DNA of 64,000 nucleotides. Source: an uncultured Gammaproteobacteria bacterium (GTDB taxonomy: Bacteria; Patescibacteriota; Patescibacteriia; Magasanikbacterales; GWA2-37-8). Made by a program: the position numbers and the translations under genes. The stretch covers positions 38,978 through 102,977 of the forward strand of contig CAYOXC010000002.1 in NCBI GenBank assembly GCA_964407865.1, in the 5' to 3' direction. The notes under the pieces were generated by a model. It was not told the origin of the DNA and did no database searches. It saw only the letters and a list, made by a program, of their open reading frames with translations. How positions within the stretch are numbered: position 1 is the stretch's first letter; each line of letters starts with the position of its first letter. This document shows positions 8,258 through 18,068 of the stretch, piece by piece.

Positions 8258-9503
8258 AAGCAACTTGTTTTTGTTGGGATGATAGAACTACAATTGCGGC
8301 AATTATCCAAAAAAGCATTGATAAATCGTTTTTAAAATACGGAACATCAACTAGACCGTGGACAATAATCGCGACAAGACAGGCAAAAAGAGCCGCTCGA
8401 ATAAACTTATTTTCAATAAATTTTTTTCGCAATTTTGAAAACAGCGCGGCGAGGATAAAAACAAACGACATCATACCAGCTAAGCCTGTTTCAAGCCAAA
8501 AGTTTAGAAATATATTATGCGGATAAATTAGGCGTTCAAGCGTTTCTTTGTCATAGTTTGGTTTTTGGACTTCTGTAAAAAATCGGCGCAGTCCAGAACC
8601 AAGAATAAAATTACGCGGTGAGTCGGTAAGATATTCTATTGAATATCGCCAAATAGTTAATCGATTTTGTCCTGCTTGATCTTGAAACAATATCGCTGTT
8701 CTTAGTCCGGGCCAGGTAACAGCAAGTACGATTCCCGTAATTATGAGACCAACGGCAATTTTCTTATAATCCAATAAAAAAAGCAGAACGATAATGCCGG
8801 CTGCGAGTGCTACCCAAGATCCTTGAGAAAAAGAAAGCATGACTGCAATAAAACCAATCAGGATGGTTATATAATAGAAAAAGCGATTAATTTTAAATTT
8901 AGACAAGAAGACGGACAAAACCAGAAGCATTGGGACGAGATAAAGACCAATGGCATTCGGTGATGTAAAAAACGAAGTTGGCCGGCCGAACAATTCGTCA
9001 TTCCAGAGCGAAGGGGGGAAAAAAGTGCCAAACAATTTTTGCCAAATAGTGAGAAGAGCAACGCTTAAAGATGAAATGGCCAGAGATGTAATTAAAAATT
9101 TTACCGACAATCTTTTAATGCTTGCTGAGATAACTAAAAAAAACAGAATCGGTTCTAAAAAATAAGCGCGCCATATTCCAAGTGCCTTTAATAAATACGG
9201 ATTGGTCAGCGCAGCGATCAGTGAGGTTGCCAAAAGTAGAGTAGCACCAATAAAAATAATGCGCTGCTTTTTTATTGTTTCTTTTAATTGCGGTAAATCT
9301 GTTGGAAAATAGCGGATAAGCCAAATTATAAAAACAGCCCCAAAAGATATCTCTAGGAGCGTTGTTGGTAGAAAACCAAAATTGGTTCTAATTAAATAAG
9401 TCGGCAAAAAAATTATTAGAAGTGCTATTGCTAGACGAAAATTTATCCAGGTTAAAACGGCAAAGACAAGAAAGAATAGGACAAATACTAATGGCATCAT
9501 CAT
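8256..9503 (-). CDS. O-antigen ligase-like (Wzy_C/WaaL family) polytopic membrane protein
   Basis: About 12 TM segments with a central periplasmic loop; SFSQGSWVALAAG region. Confidence 0.55.
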   Translation of the reverse strand: MMMPLVFVLFFLVFAVLTWINFRLAIALLIIFLPTYLIRTNFGFLPTTLLEISFGAVFIIWLIRYFPTDLPQLKETIKKQRIIFIGATLLLATSLIAALTNPYLLKALGIWRAYFLEPILFFLVISASIKRLSVKFLITSLAISSLSVALLTIWQKLFGTFFPPSLWNDELFGRPTSFFTSPNAIGLYLVPMLLVLSVFLSKFKINRFFYYITILIGFIAVMLSFSQGSWVALAAGIIVLLFLLDYKKIAVGLIITGIVLAVTWPGLRTAILFQDQAGQNRLTIWRYSIEYLTDSPRNFILGSGLRRFFTEVQKPNYDKETLERLIYPHNIFLNFWLETGLAGMMSFVFILAALFSKLRKKFIENKFIRAALFACLVAIIVHGLVDVPYFKNDLSMLFWIIAAIVVLSSQQKQVA

Positions 9504-9507
9504 AATA

Positions 9508-10101
9508 TTATTTTACGTCGATTTTGTTTTTGCGTGTAAATTCACTTTTAAATATGTAGAACAAAAAAGCAGTTCCAATAATTGAAAATATACCTACTAT
9601 ATAAAATAAAAGCTTAAATGAATAGAAGTCAGCCAAGTAAGCGCCTATGGCGGCAGTGGCAGCTGAGGCAAAACTGATTATTGTGTCATATATGCTCCAT
9701 TCATATCCAGATTTTTCTTTTCTTTCGTAGCGGGTATAGATGACCATCCAACCTGGATAGGAAATAGCCGCCCCCAAACCATAGGTAAATTGTAGAATGT
9801 AAACATGAGACAATAGGCTTGAATAGGCCAAACAAAAAGGGACAATACTCATAATAACAGAACCGATAACCAGAGTAATTAACTCTCTTTTGTTGCCTGC
9901 TTCTGCATCCGTCCATTTACTAACAAATATTTGCATGAAGCCTTTTGTTACTAGCTGGATAGCAGCGGCAATGCCAATAGCTGTCAGGCTGGCGCCAGCA
10001 ATGCCTTCTATCATAAAAACGGCAAAAACCGGTTGTACCAAACCAAAACCGCCGATTAAAAAAAGATCTGATATAATTAAAGCCTTTAATACTTTATGCA
10101 T
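9508..10101 (-). CDS. MFS-like 6-TM membrane protein (half-size)
   Basis: Six hydrophobic helices in an MFS-like pattern; only 197 aa. Confidence 0.4.
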   Translation of the reverse strand: MHKVLKALIISDLFLIGGFGLVQPVFAVFMIEGIAGASLTAIGIAAAIQLVTKGFMQIFVSKWTDAEAGNKRELITLVIGSVIMSIVPFCLAYSSLLSHVYILQFTYGLGAAISYPGWMVIYTRYERKEKSGYEWSIYDTIISFASAATAAIGAYLADFYSFKLLFYIVGIFSIIGTAFLFYIFKSEFTRKNKIDVK

Positions 10102-10102
10102 A

Positions 10103-11056
10103 TTATCCGCGGTAGAATAAATAAGTTATATAAGCAATGAACAAAGCAATAAAGGTTGCCCCTTGCCATCGATCAAGTTTGTGTCTTTTTCCGACAAACA
10201 TAAAAATAAAGAGTAGAATCGTAGCACCTATAGCGCACAAAACATCAGTATTTGTATTAACATTAAAAGGCATTTGTATGATTGTGCCCGTTAAGCCAAG
10301 TACCCAGAAAATGTTAAAAATATTTGAACCAACGATATTGCCAATAGCTATGTCGTCTTTATTGTGAAGTGCCGCCACAACAGAAGTAACTAATTCTGGC
10401 AATGAGGTGCCGATAGCTACGATGGTTAAACCAATCAGCGCCTCAGATAATCCGGCTAGTGTAGCTAGTTTGATTGCGTTATCTACCAATAGCTTACCGC
10501 CAAAGAAAAGACAGATAATACCAGCCAAAGTGAGAATTGAGGACATTAGCCATGAATATGAGGCAACCTCTTCAGGTTTGCCTTCTGATTTTGACAAGGC
10601 AAAAACATAATACATAAAAATTATAAAAAGTGCGATCAGCGATATTCCATCTGTTCGGGTTATGGCGTTAAAGCCGACTTTGTCAAAAAGAGCGTCATTA
10701 CCCATGGTAAAAACCAGAAGTACGGCAAGTAGGGCAAAAGGTATTTCTTTCCAGACAGTATTTCCTTTTATAGTCAGAGGATAAATAAGAGAAGCTACTC
10801 CGAGAATGAGAAGGATATTGGATATATTTGAACCGATAACATTGCCTATGGCCATGTCGGTTGATCCATTTATGGCGGCGAAGATGTTAACGATCAACTC
10901 AGGAGCAGAAGTGCCGAAAGCGACGATGGTTAGGCCAATTACTATTTCAGAGATTCCTAAACGCTTCGCTAAAGAAGAAGCGCCGCGAACCAGCGACTCA
11001 GCGCCGACAATAAGAATTGCTAAACCGATGATAACTAAAAATATTGCTAATGCCAT
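10103..11056 (-). CDS. Ca2+/Na+ antiporter (CaCA family, YrbG-like)
   Basis: Duplicated alpha-repeat motifs GTSAPELIV and GTSLPELVTS. Confidence 0.8.
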   Translation of the reverse strand: MALAIFLVIIGLAILIVGAESLVRGASSLAKRLGISEIVIGLTIVAFGTSAPELIVNIFAAINGSTDMAIGNVIGSNISNILLILGVASLIYPLTIKGNTVWKEIPFALLAVLLVFTMGNDALFDKVGFNAITRTDGISLIALFIIFMYYVFALSKSEGKPEEVASYSWLMSSILTLAGIICLFFGGKLLVDNAIKLATLAGLSEALIGLTIVAIGTSLPELVTSVVAALHNKDDIAIGNIVGSNIFNIFWVLGLTGTIIQMPFNVNTNTDVLCAIGATILLFIFMFVGKRHKLDRWQGATFIALFIAYITYLFYRG

Positions 11057-11104
11057 AATATATAAAAATTATATTTTGTGCTATAATATCAAAAAAATGA
11101 CACG

Positions 11105-11896
11105 GTGTCTATGAGTAGAAAAAGAAAAAAAGTTGGATTAGCGCTGGGCAGCGGAGGAGCAAGAGGGTTGGCTCATCTTGGTGTTCTGAAGGTTTTGGAG
11201 CGCAATAATATACCGATAGATTATGTCTCCGGTTCCTCGATCGGTGCGGTGGTTGGGGCGCTTTATTGTGCCACAAAAAATATTTCCCAGATTGAGAATA
11301 TTGTGACTAGCGCTGACTGGCGACTATATTTATCATTGATAGATCCGGCAGTATTTAATAGCTTGATAAAAGGAAAAAAAATACGAAAATTTCTTGAAAG
11401 ATATTTAGGCGATGCAAATTTTCAAGATTTGCATATCCCTTTAGTTATTGCGGCTACCGATTTTCAAACTGGAGAAATTGTTTTAATCAATAAAGGGAAT
11501 TTAATCGATGCTATAATGGCATCGAGTGCTTTTCCACTAGTGTTTCAACCGACTCGAATTAACGGACGATTACTCGCTGACGGTTGTTTATCACTGCCTA
11601 TGCCTATTTTATCTTTGCGCAACAAAGGAGCAGATAAGGTAATTGCAGTTAATTTAGATGGAGATTTTTTTTCACAAAAAAAGGAACATTTTTCGGCGGG
11701 TGGTACGGCCTTGCAAGCAATAAGTCTTTTGCGCTATCATTTAGCAGAGCGCAATGCGGCCGAGGCAGATATTGTTGTTGTGCCTAAGGTAGGCAAGGTA
11801 ATGGAATACAGTTTTCTTTCCGGCAATAAGATTGTTGATGCAGGGGAGAAAGCAGCACAAAAAGTATTACCGCAAATCAAGAAGATTATCAAATAA
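11105..11896 (+). CDS. Patatin-like phospholipase
   Basis: GSGGARG oxyanion motif, GSSIG nucleophile elbow (GxSxG), catalytic DG(C). Confidence 0.8.
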   Translation: MSMSRKRKKVGLALGSGGARGLAHLGVLKVLERNNIPIDYVSGSSIGAVVGALYCATKNISQIENIVTSADWRLYLSLIDPAVFNSLIKGKKIRKFLERYLGDANFQDLHIPLVIAATDFQTGEIVLINKGNLIDAIMASSAFPLVFQPTRINGRLLADGCLSLPMPILSLRNKGADKVIAVNLDGDFFSQKKEHFSAGGTALQAISLLRYHLAERNAAEADIVVVPKVGKVMEYSFLSGNKIVDAGEKAAQKVLPQIKKIIK

Positions 11897-11903
11897 TATA
11901 AAT

Positions 11904-12653
11904 ATGACTATTTTGTTGTGGATTATCGCTACAAATTTAATAATAAGCTTAATCTCATTAGTTGGTGTGTTCACTTTAAGTTTAAAAGAGGCGCTTTTGG
12001 GCAAAATTCTTATGCGGCTAGTCGCTCTTTCTTCGGGGGCCCTTTTAGGTGGAGCTTTTTTACATTTAATACCTGAAGGCATTGAAAAACTTGAGATAAA
12101 GACTTTTTTTATATTTGTACTTATTACAATTTTACTTTTTTTATTAATAGAAAAAGTACTTCATTGGCGTCATTGTCATAAAGGCGCAACTTGCGATGTC
12201 CACAAATCGATGGGGTATGTAAATTTAATCGGTGATGCGGTACATAATTTTATCGACGGGCTTGTTATTGCTGCTGCTTTTGTAGTCGATTTACGACTTG
12301 GCCTGATAACCGCCGTGGCTATTTGTCTGCATGAAATTCCGCAGGAAATAGGTGATTTTGGCGTTCTTGTTTATTCCGGTTTTTCCAAAAAAAAAGCTTT
12401 ATTGTTTAATTTATTGTCTGCGTTAATGGCAGTAGTTGGAGGAATTGTGGGATGGATTGCCGCACAATATTCAAGCGGCATAGAATCTTATTTGTTGCCA
12501 GTGGCGGCTGGCGGATTTATTTATATAGCTACATGTGATTTATTGCCTGAATTGAGAAAAAATATTAGCATAAAGAGTTTCTTTTATGATTATATAATAT
12601 TACTTGTGGGTATTTCTTTGATATTCTTTATAAGTTTATTGGAATTACATTAA
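11904..12653 (+). CDS. ZIP family metal (zinc) transporter
   Basis: HNFIDGLVIAAAF and HEIPQEIGDF signature helices. Start set at the internal ATG after the patatin stop. Confidence 0.75.
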   Translation: MTILLWIIATNLIISLISLVGVFTLSLKEALLGKILMRLVALSSGALLGGAFLHLIPEGIEKLEIKTFFIFVLITILLFLLIEKVLHWRHCHKGATCDVHKSMGYVNLIGDAVHNFIDGLVIAAAFVVDLRLGLITAVAICLHEIPQEIGDFGVLVYSGFSKKKALLFNLLSALMAVVGGIVGWIAAQYSSGIESYLLPVAAGGFIYIATCDLLPELRKNISIKSFFYDYIILLVGISLIFFISLLELH

Positions 12654-12741
12654 GAAAATAATTTTTTATTTTTTCAATTATTTTAGCCGCTTTAACAGGC
12701 GGCTTTTTAACTTGATTTCTTTGAGAAAATATGCTAAAATA

Positions 12742-12828
12742 GCGAAAAATTGGAAGGGTGGCTGAGTGGTCTAAAGCGACAGTCTTGAAAACTGTTGTGT
12801 CAGAAATGGCACCGTGGGTTCGAATCCC
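12742..12828 (+). tRNA. tRNA-Ser (UGA), long variable arm
   Basis: Acceptor GGAAGGG/CCCTTCC, anticodon loop CUUGAAA, T-arm GTGGG-TTCGAAT-CCCAC. Confidence 0.85.
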
Positions 12829-13158
12829 ACCCCTTCCGCATAAAAATCGTGTCCCATTTATGGGGTTAGATTTTTACGGAATGCGTGGTGATGAAGAACC
12901 CTGATGGTTCGTTCGGCGCAGTGAGTGAGAAAAGAATAAATTTATTTATTCTTTCGAGCGAGCAAGCCGACTCTGCGCGAAGCGCAGTATCCCACCCCTT
13001 CCGCATAAAAATCGTGTCCCATTTATGGGGTTAGATTTTTACGGAATGCGTGGTGATGAAGAACCCTGATGGTTCGTTCGGCGCAGTGAGTGAGAAAAGA
13101 ATAAATTTATTTATTCTTTCGAGCGAGCAAGCCGACTCTGCGCGAAGCGCAGTATCCC
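12829..13158. repeat. Two tandem 165-bp direct repeats, each ending in a 15-nt copy of the tRNA-Ser(UGA) 3' end
   Basis: ATCCCACCCCTTCCG recurs at 12814-12828 (tRNA), 12979-12993 and 13144-13158. The units are identical. Confidence 0.9.
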
Positions 13159-13255
13159 ACCCCTTCCGCCAATTTTTAGAATTCGGATTTTGGGCTATTG
13201 TTGCCTTGCCTCGTCAGAGGTAAGTAAGGGTTAGCGGCATGGCTATCGACCCCGG

Positions 13256-13343
13256 TAGTTAGAGCGGAGGGGTGGCTCGAGCGGTTGAAGGCGTCGCTCT
13301 CGAAAAGCGATAGATCAGCAATGGTCTCGCGAGTTCGAATCTC
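13256..13343 (+). tRNA. tRNA-Ser (CGA), long variable arm
   Basis: Acceptor GGAGGGG/CCCCTCC, anticodon loop CUCGAAA, T-loop TTCGAAT. Confidence 0.8.
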
Positions 13344-13502
13344 GCCCCCTCCGCCCTACTACAGGGAAAGTAAGCTTTAAGAATTGTTGCCAATATAGGT
13401 AACTAGACTTTGTGAGGGAAAATTGTCTCCAATAGTTACGCTTTGCCCTGTTCAACAGGGTGATTTTATTATATGATAAAAATATATATTTAATTTAAAT
13501 TT

Positions 13503-13808
13503 ATGATAAATCTAAAATTTACCGCTTTGATTAATGCACTGTTAACTGCTGTTTATGTGGCGATTGTCGCTTTAGTAATGCAAAATGGAGAGCGGATATT
13601 TGGGAAGATGGATAATATATTGGGGCCAGTCGCTTTTTTATTGCTTTTTGTTTTGTCCGCGGCAATCACTGGTTCACTAGTTTTAGGCAAGCCAATATTA
13701 ATGCATCTTGAAAATCGCAAGGCCGAGGCAGTAAAGTTGTTTTTTTATACGATTGTTTGGCTTTTTGTTATTATCATAGCTATTTTGTGTTTGTCGATGT
13801 TTCTTTAG
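13503..13808 (+). CDS. Small membrane protein (3 TM)
   Basis: Hydrophobic 101-aa ORF followed by a terminator. Confidence 0.45.
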   Translation: MINLKFTALINALLTAVYVAIVALVMQNGERIFGKMDNILGPVAFLLLFVLSAAITGSLVLGKPILMHLENRKAEAVKLFFYTIVWLFVIIIAILCLSMFL

Positions 13809-13830
13809 ATAAAATATTCTTAAAAAAAAT

Positions 13831-13858
13831 AAAAGCCTCGAAATTGAGGCTTTTTATT
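13831..13858 (+). terminator. Rho-independent terminator
   Basis: GCCTC-GAAATT-GAGGC stem plus a T-run. Confidence 0.6.
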
Positions 13859-13902
13859 ATTGTTTGATTTTGTTATAATTAAACAAAGAAGTAATAAATT
13901 TA

Positions 13903-14934
13903 ATGTTTTTTAGCGCGGTATTTATGAGAAATATAATTTATACTGGTCCTGAACGTTTGAGGCTGGTTGACGCACCGGTGCCTAAAATTAAACCAAATGA
14001 AATATTATTGAAAATAAAGAGTGTTGGAATTTGCGGAACAGATTTGCATATTTATAGCGGGGGTATGAATTTGCCTACCCCACTAACTATGGGTCATGAG
14101 TTTTCCGGGATTGTTTACGAAGTGGGTGATGAAGTTAAAAATTTTAAAGTCGGAGACAGGGCGGTGGCTGAGCATGTTGTTAGTTGCGGAGAGTGCTATG
14201 ACTGTTTGTCTGGTAAGCCGAATTTATGCGCTAACGCTAAAGTAATCGGTCTGCATTTACCCGGGGCATTGGCTGAATACATCGCCATCCCAGCTGATTT
14301 AGTATATGAAATTCCAAAGAGCATCAGTTTTGAAGAAGCAGCTTTAATAGAACCACTATCAATTGCCTATTATGCGGTAAGAAAAGCTGGTTTTGTATTG
14401 GGTAAAACTGTGGCTGTTATTGGACAGGGGCCGATCGGGCTATTGGTTGATCAGGTACTAAAACAAAGTGGCGCCAAGGTTATTGGTGTAGATATCGCTG
14501 ATTGGCGTCTGCAGTTTGCAAAGAACAAGAAGTGGGTTGATAAAACAATAAATAGCAAAGAAACTTCTCTCCTAAAAGAGATTAAAAAAATTGCTCCTGA
14601 GGGGGTAGACATTGTTTTTGAGGCTGTAGGCCAGGAAATTACCGCCGAAATGTCTTTGGAAATTGCACGTCGCGATGGTGAAGTGTTTATTTTAGGGGTG
14701 TTTGAGTCGCCTTCAAAAATTAATTTAATGCATTTGGTAAAGAAAGAGCTTAATGTCCACGGTTCTTGGACATGTGCTTTTTCATTTTTACCATCAATTG
14801 AATTGGTGGCTAAAAAACAAGTTGATCTAAAAAGTTTAATCACACATCGCTATACGGCTCTTAAAGTTTCACAGGCTTTTAAAGATGCTTCAAGTTATAG
14901 TGATAAGCGGATTAAGTCAGTTATAAATTTTTAA
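13903..14934 (+). CDS. Zinc-dependent alcohol/threonine dehydrogenase (MDR family)
   Basis: GICGTDLH and GHEFSG zinc-ADH motifs and a GxGxxG Rossmann fold. The start could be the ATG at 13924. Confidence 0.8.
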   Translation: MFFSAVFMRNIIYTGPERLRLVDAPVPKIKPNEILLKIKSVGICGTDLHIYSGGMNLPTPLTMGHEFSGIVYEVGDEVKNFKVGDRAVAEHVVSCGECYDCLSGKPNLCANAKVIGLHLPGALAEYIAIPADLVYEIPKSISFEEAALIEPLSIAYYAVRKAGFVLGKTVAVIGQGPIGLLVDQVLKQSGAKVIGVDIADWRLQFAKNKKWVDKTINSKETSLLKEIKKIAPEGVDIVFEAVGQEITAEMSLEIARRDGEVFILGVFESPSKINLMHLVKKELNVHGSWTCAFSFLPSIELVAKKQVDLKSLITHRYTALKVSQAFKDASSYSDKRIKSVINF

Positions 14935-14939
14935 TCTGT

Positions 14940-16103
14940 ATGCGGATTGCCATGATCGGACAAAAGACAGTGCCCTTTATCGGTGGAAAGGGTGGTGGAG
15001 TAGAAAGACATGTTGAAGAACTTGCTCATCGTTTAGTAAAAAAGGGCCACGAGGTGACTGCTTATTCTCGTTCATATTTAATTGATAAAAAAATTACTGA
15101 TTATAAGGGAGTAAAATTATTATATACACCTTCTGTCCCAACAAAGAATCTGGATACCATTACACATGTTTTGACTTCAACCATTCACGCCTTATTCCAA
15201 AAATATGACATCATTCACTATCACGGCGTTGGGCCATCAACACTTTCTTGGCTTCCGCGGATTTTTAATCCCAGGGTTAAAGTAATAGTAACATTTCATA
15301 GTATAGATCGTTTTCATAAAAAATGGGGAGCCTTTGCCCGCTGGTATTTAGGTTTTGGTGAGTGGACTGCTGTTAAGTTTCCGCATAAGACTATTGCTGT
15401 TTCGCGCTCTATCCAACAGTATTGTGAACAGAGATTTAAAAAAACACCTGTTTATATACCAAACGGCACAAATTTAAACAAAACCATTGAGGCCCATGAT
15501 AATCTTATTCGGCGTTGGGGCATTCAAAAAGACAGCTACATTCTAGCTGTGGCCCGGCTTATAAGACACAAAGGCGTCCATTATTTGATTGAGGCATATC
15601 GCGAACTTGAAAAAAGACACGGCACCAATCCTGATAATTGGCCTGGCGGCAAGGTGCGTAAATTGGTTATTGCTGGCGCGCCTAGTTATACTGATGATTA
15701 TTTGGATTATTTAAAAATTTTAGCAGCTGCCTCGCCCAATATTGAATTTGTCGGCTTCCAACAGGGTGAGACATTGGCACAGCTTTTTGCTAATGCTTAT
15801 TTATATGTTCATCCTTCAGAAGCGGAGGGCTTAGCAATCACCATTCTTGAAGCGATGAGTTATGGCACTTGTGTCTTAGTTAGTAATATTCCGGAAAATT
15901 TAGAAAGCGTTGATCATGCTGGTTTTACTTTTAAATCAAAGAATGTTCATGATTTGTATGAAATGCTGGTTTACCTTTTGGATTATCCAGAATCAGTTAA
16001 AAAACACGGTGACGAGGGATTTGATTTTATCAAACAGAATTTTAACTGGGATGACATTGTTGATGATATTGAAAAAATTTATAAAGGCCAGTTAATTAAA
16101 TAA
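14940..16103 (+). CDS. Glycosyltransferase family 4 (GT-B)
   Basis: C-terminal EGLAITILEAMSYGTCV E-x7-E-like GT4 motif. Confidence 0.75.
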   Translation: MRIAMIGQKTVPFIGGKGGGVERHVEELAHRLVKKGHEVTAYSRSYLIDKKITDYKGVKLLYTPSVPTKNLDTITHVLTSTIHALFQKYDIIHYHGVGPSTLSWLPRIFNPRVKVIVTFHSIDRFHKKWGAFARWYLGFGEWTAVKFPHKTIAVSRSIQQYCEQRFKKTPVYIPNGTNLNKTIEAHDNLIRRWGIQKDSYILAVARLIRHKGVHYLIEAYRELEKRHGTNPDNWPGGKVRKLVIAGAPSYTDDYLDYLKILAAASPNIEFVGFQQGETLAQLFANAYLYVHPSEAEGLAITILEAMSYGTCVLVSNIPENLESVDHAGFTFKSKNVHDLYEMLVYLLDYPESVKKHGDEGFDFIKQNFNWDDIVDDIEKIYKGQLIK

Positions 16104-16106
16104 AGT

Positions 16107-16751
16107 ATGAAAATACGCAAATTGGAGATAACATCATTTATTATAGTTGTCTTGTCATTTATTGCCGGGTTGTTTGTTTATCCATATTTGCCTGAAACTA
16201 TTGCCAGTCATTGGAGTGCGACTGGCGAGGTGAATGGATATATGTCAAAATTTTGGGGTGTTTTTCTTATGCCGATTATTTCAGCTGCCATGCTTTTGCT
16301 TCTTGTAGTGGTGCCGAGAATTGATCCTAAAAAAGAAAATATTGAAAAATTCAGAAAATATTTCGATCGTTTCATTTTATTGATTTTTCTTTTTTTGTTG
16401 TATATTTACGGTCTGACTTTATGGTGGAATCTAGGCGGTCGTTTTAATATGAGCGTATTTCTTATTCCGGCCTTCGCCATATTATTGTATTTTATTGGAT
16501 CGCTAGTTAGTAACGCAAAAATGAATTATTCAATTGGCATAAGAACTCCGTGGACATTAGCCAATGAACGAGTTTGGCAAAAGACGCATGCAATTGGAGG
16601 AAAACTTTTTAAAGGGGCCGCTTTTTTGTCTTTGCTAGGCATATTTTTTCCTAATTTTTCTATTTGGTTTGTTTTAATTCCAGTTTTATTTGTTACAATA
16701 GTGACCGTGGTCTATTCTTATTTAGAATATAGAAGACAAGAGAAATCGTAA
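16107..16751 (+). CDS. Polytopic membrane protein (unknown)
   Basis: Translationally adjacent to the GT4 gene; 6 TM helices. Confidence 0.45.
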   Translation: MKIRKLEITSFIIVVLSFIAGLFVYPYLPETIASHWSATGEVNGYMSKFWGVFLMPIISAAMLLLLVVVPRIDPKKENIEKFRKYFDRFILLIFLFLLYIYGLTLWWNLGGRFNMSVFLIPAFAILLYFIGSLVSNAKMNYSIGIRTPWTLANERVWQKTHAIGGKLFKGAAFLSLLGIFFPNFSIWFVLIPVLFVTIVTVVYSYLEYRRQEKS

Positions 16752-16800
16752 AATTATTCCGATGTAAATTGAGAAACAGATTAAAGTACTTGGCTAAACA

Positions 16801-16846
16801 AAAATCCCGACCAGCTTTTCAGCAGAAAGGTCGGGATTTTTTATTT
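16801..16846. terminator. Bidirectional terminator
   Basis: ATCCCGACC ... GGTCGGGAT stem with flanking A-run and T-run. Confidence 0.65.
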
Positions 16847-16853
16847 TTACTAT

Positions 16854-17249
16854 TTAGAACTTAAAATAATCTCCGAATTGTCCAATAAGCGGCAATTTTT
16901 CCTGTTTACCATTGGCGGCGTTGACTATACCGATGATGGCAAAAACAAGAATAGCTAAACCAACCAGATTAAACAACCAATAAAGCTTCCAGAGCCAAAA
17001 CCAAGGAATAAACATTCTTACTATCCAGAGAATAACGGCTAACGAAAAAATGACAGCGCCTTGTTTAACATGAAATTTAACAAAGGGGTCTTTTTTTGCA
17101 TCAGTTAAAAGCGGGATAAAAAATAAAATATAAGCAACGATAGCCATACCCGTATTTGGCTGATTGCTTGCCGGTGGTTGCGCCTGTGGCGGTTGTTGCG
17201 GTTGCGCCTGTGGCGGTTGTTGCGGTTGTTGCTCGTTGTCCATAAGCAA
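16854..17249 (-). CDS. Small membrane protein with an N-terminal Gln/Pro-rich tandem repeat
   Basis: QPQQPPQAQP occurs twice, encoded by a 27-bp DNA tandem repeat; 3 TM helices. Confidence 0.45.
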   Translation of the reverse strand: MLMDNEQQPQQPPQAQPQQPPQAQPPASNQPNTGMAIVAYILFFIPLLTDAKKDPFVKFHVKQGAVIFSLAVILWIVRMFIPWFWLWKLYWLFNLVGLAILVFAIIGIVNAANGKQEKLPLIGQFGDYFKF

Positions 17250-17277
17250 AATTATTTAATTAATAAAAAAAAATTAT

Positions 17278-17919
17278 TTATTTGATGTTTTCTATTATTA
17301 CAGTAATTTCTTGGTCGCCTTGATTGAATAAAAGGCGATATTTATAATCATTTTTTTTAGCCTGTAGATTAACACTTTCTGTTTGTTTGTCTAGTGTGAT
17401 ATCAGTAAATCCGTCGTCTTCCATTTTTTGTTTTAGCATATCTGCATTTTCTATGGAAAGAGTTTTTGTCAATGTATATTGCACGATACCTGAGCCGCTG
17501 TTCATGCCCATATATCCTTGGGTATAGCCGGTAATTTTATATTCGCCAAAAACATTTTTGATTATCGCGCCGAGATCATCGATGGTAGAATCGTGATTTC
17601 CGTTTTGTATATTGATAGTTTCTGCGGCAGCAAATTTTTCCTCGGGTGTCATTTGTTTGACAATGTTTTCCATGTTGTTATCTACAATCAGTTCGTTATC
17701 GGCGCTTTCAAGTATTTGGGCCACTTGTTTGGTTTCACTTAATTCATTGACTACTTTGTTAGAGTTTTTATTATTTTGCCAACGCAAAAAAAGCCATAAA
17801 ATAACAATTGCAGCTATAATTATTATAATTGCTATAATAATAACTTTGGATGTATTTTTCGGTGCAGGTATGGGTGCTGATGCTTGTTTAGAGGCCTGAC
17901 CAGGAGGAGTTAAAGCCAT
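17278..17919 (-). CDS. N-terminally anchored extracytoplasmic protein (unknown)
   Basis: A single TM helix near the N-terminus followed by a hydrophilic domain. Confidence 0.4.
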   Translation of the reverse strand: MALTPPGQASKQASAPIPAPKNTSKVIIIAIIIIIAAIVILWLFLRWQNNKNSNKVVNELSETKQVAQILESADNELIVDNNMENIVKQMTPEEKFAAAETINIQNGNHDSTIDDLGAIIKNVFGEYKITGYTQGYMGMNSGSGIVQYTLTKTLSIENADMLKQKMEDDGFTDITLDKQTESVNLQAKKNDYKYRLLFNQGDQEITVIIENIK

Positions 17920-18068
17920 ATTTTAAGGCATTTTCATATATTAAACTCAAGGATAGTTTACTAAATTTGTCCAAAGTCCGCAAGTTTGGTGGAATCTTGA
18001 CAAAACACAATATTTATGCTATATTTTTTTGGCTCTTTTATAACCATAACCTCAAGAAGGGGGAAACC

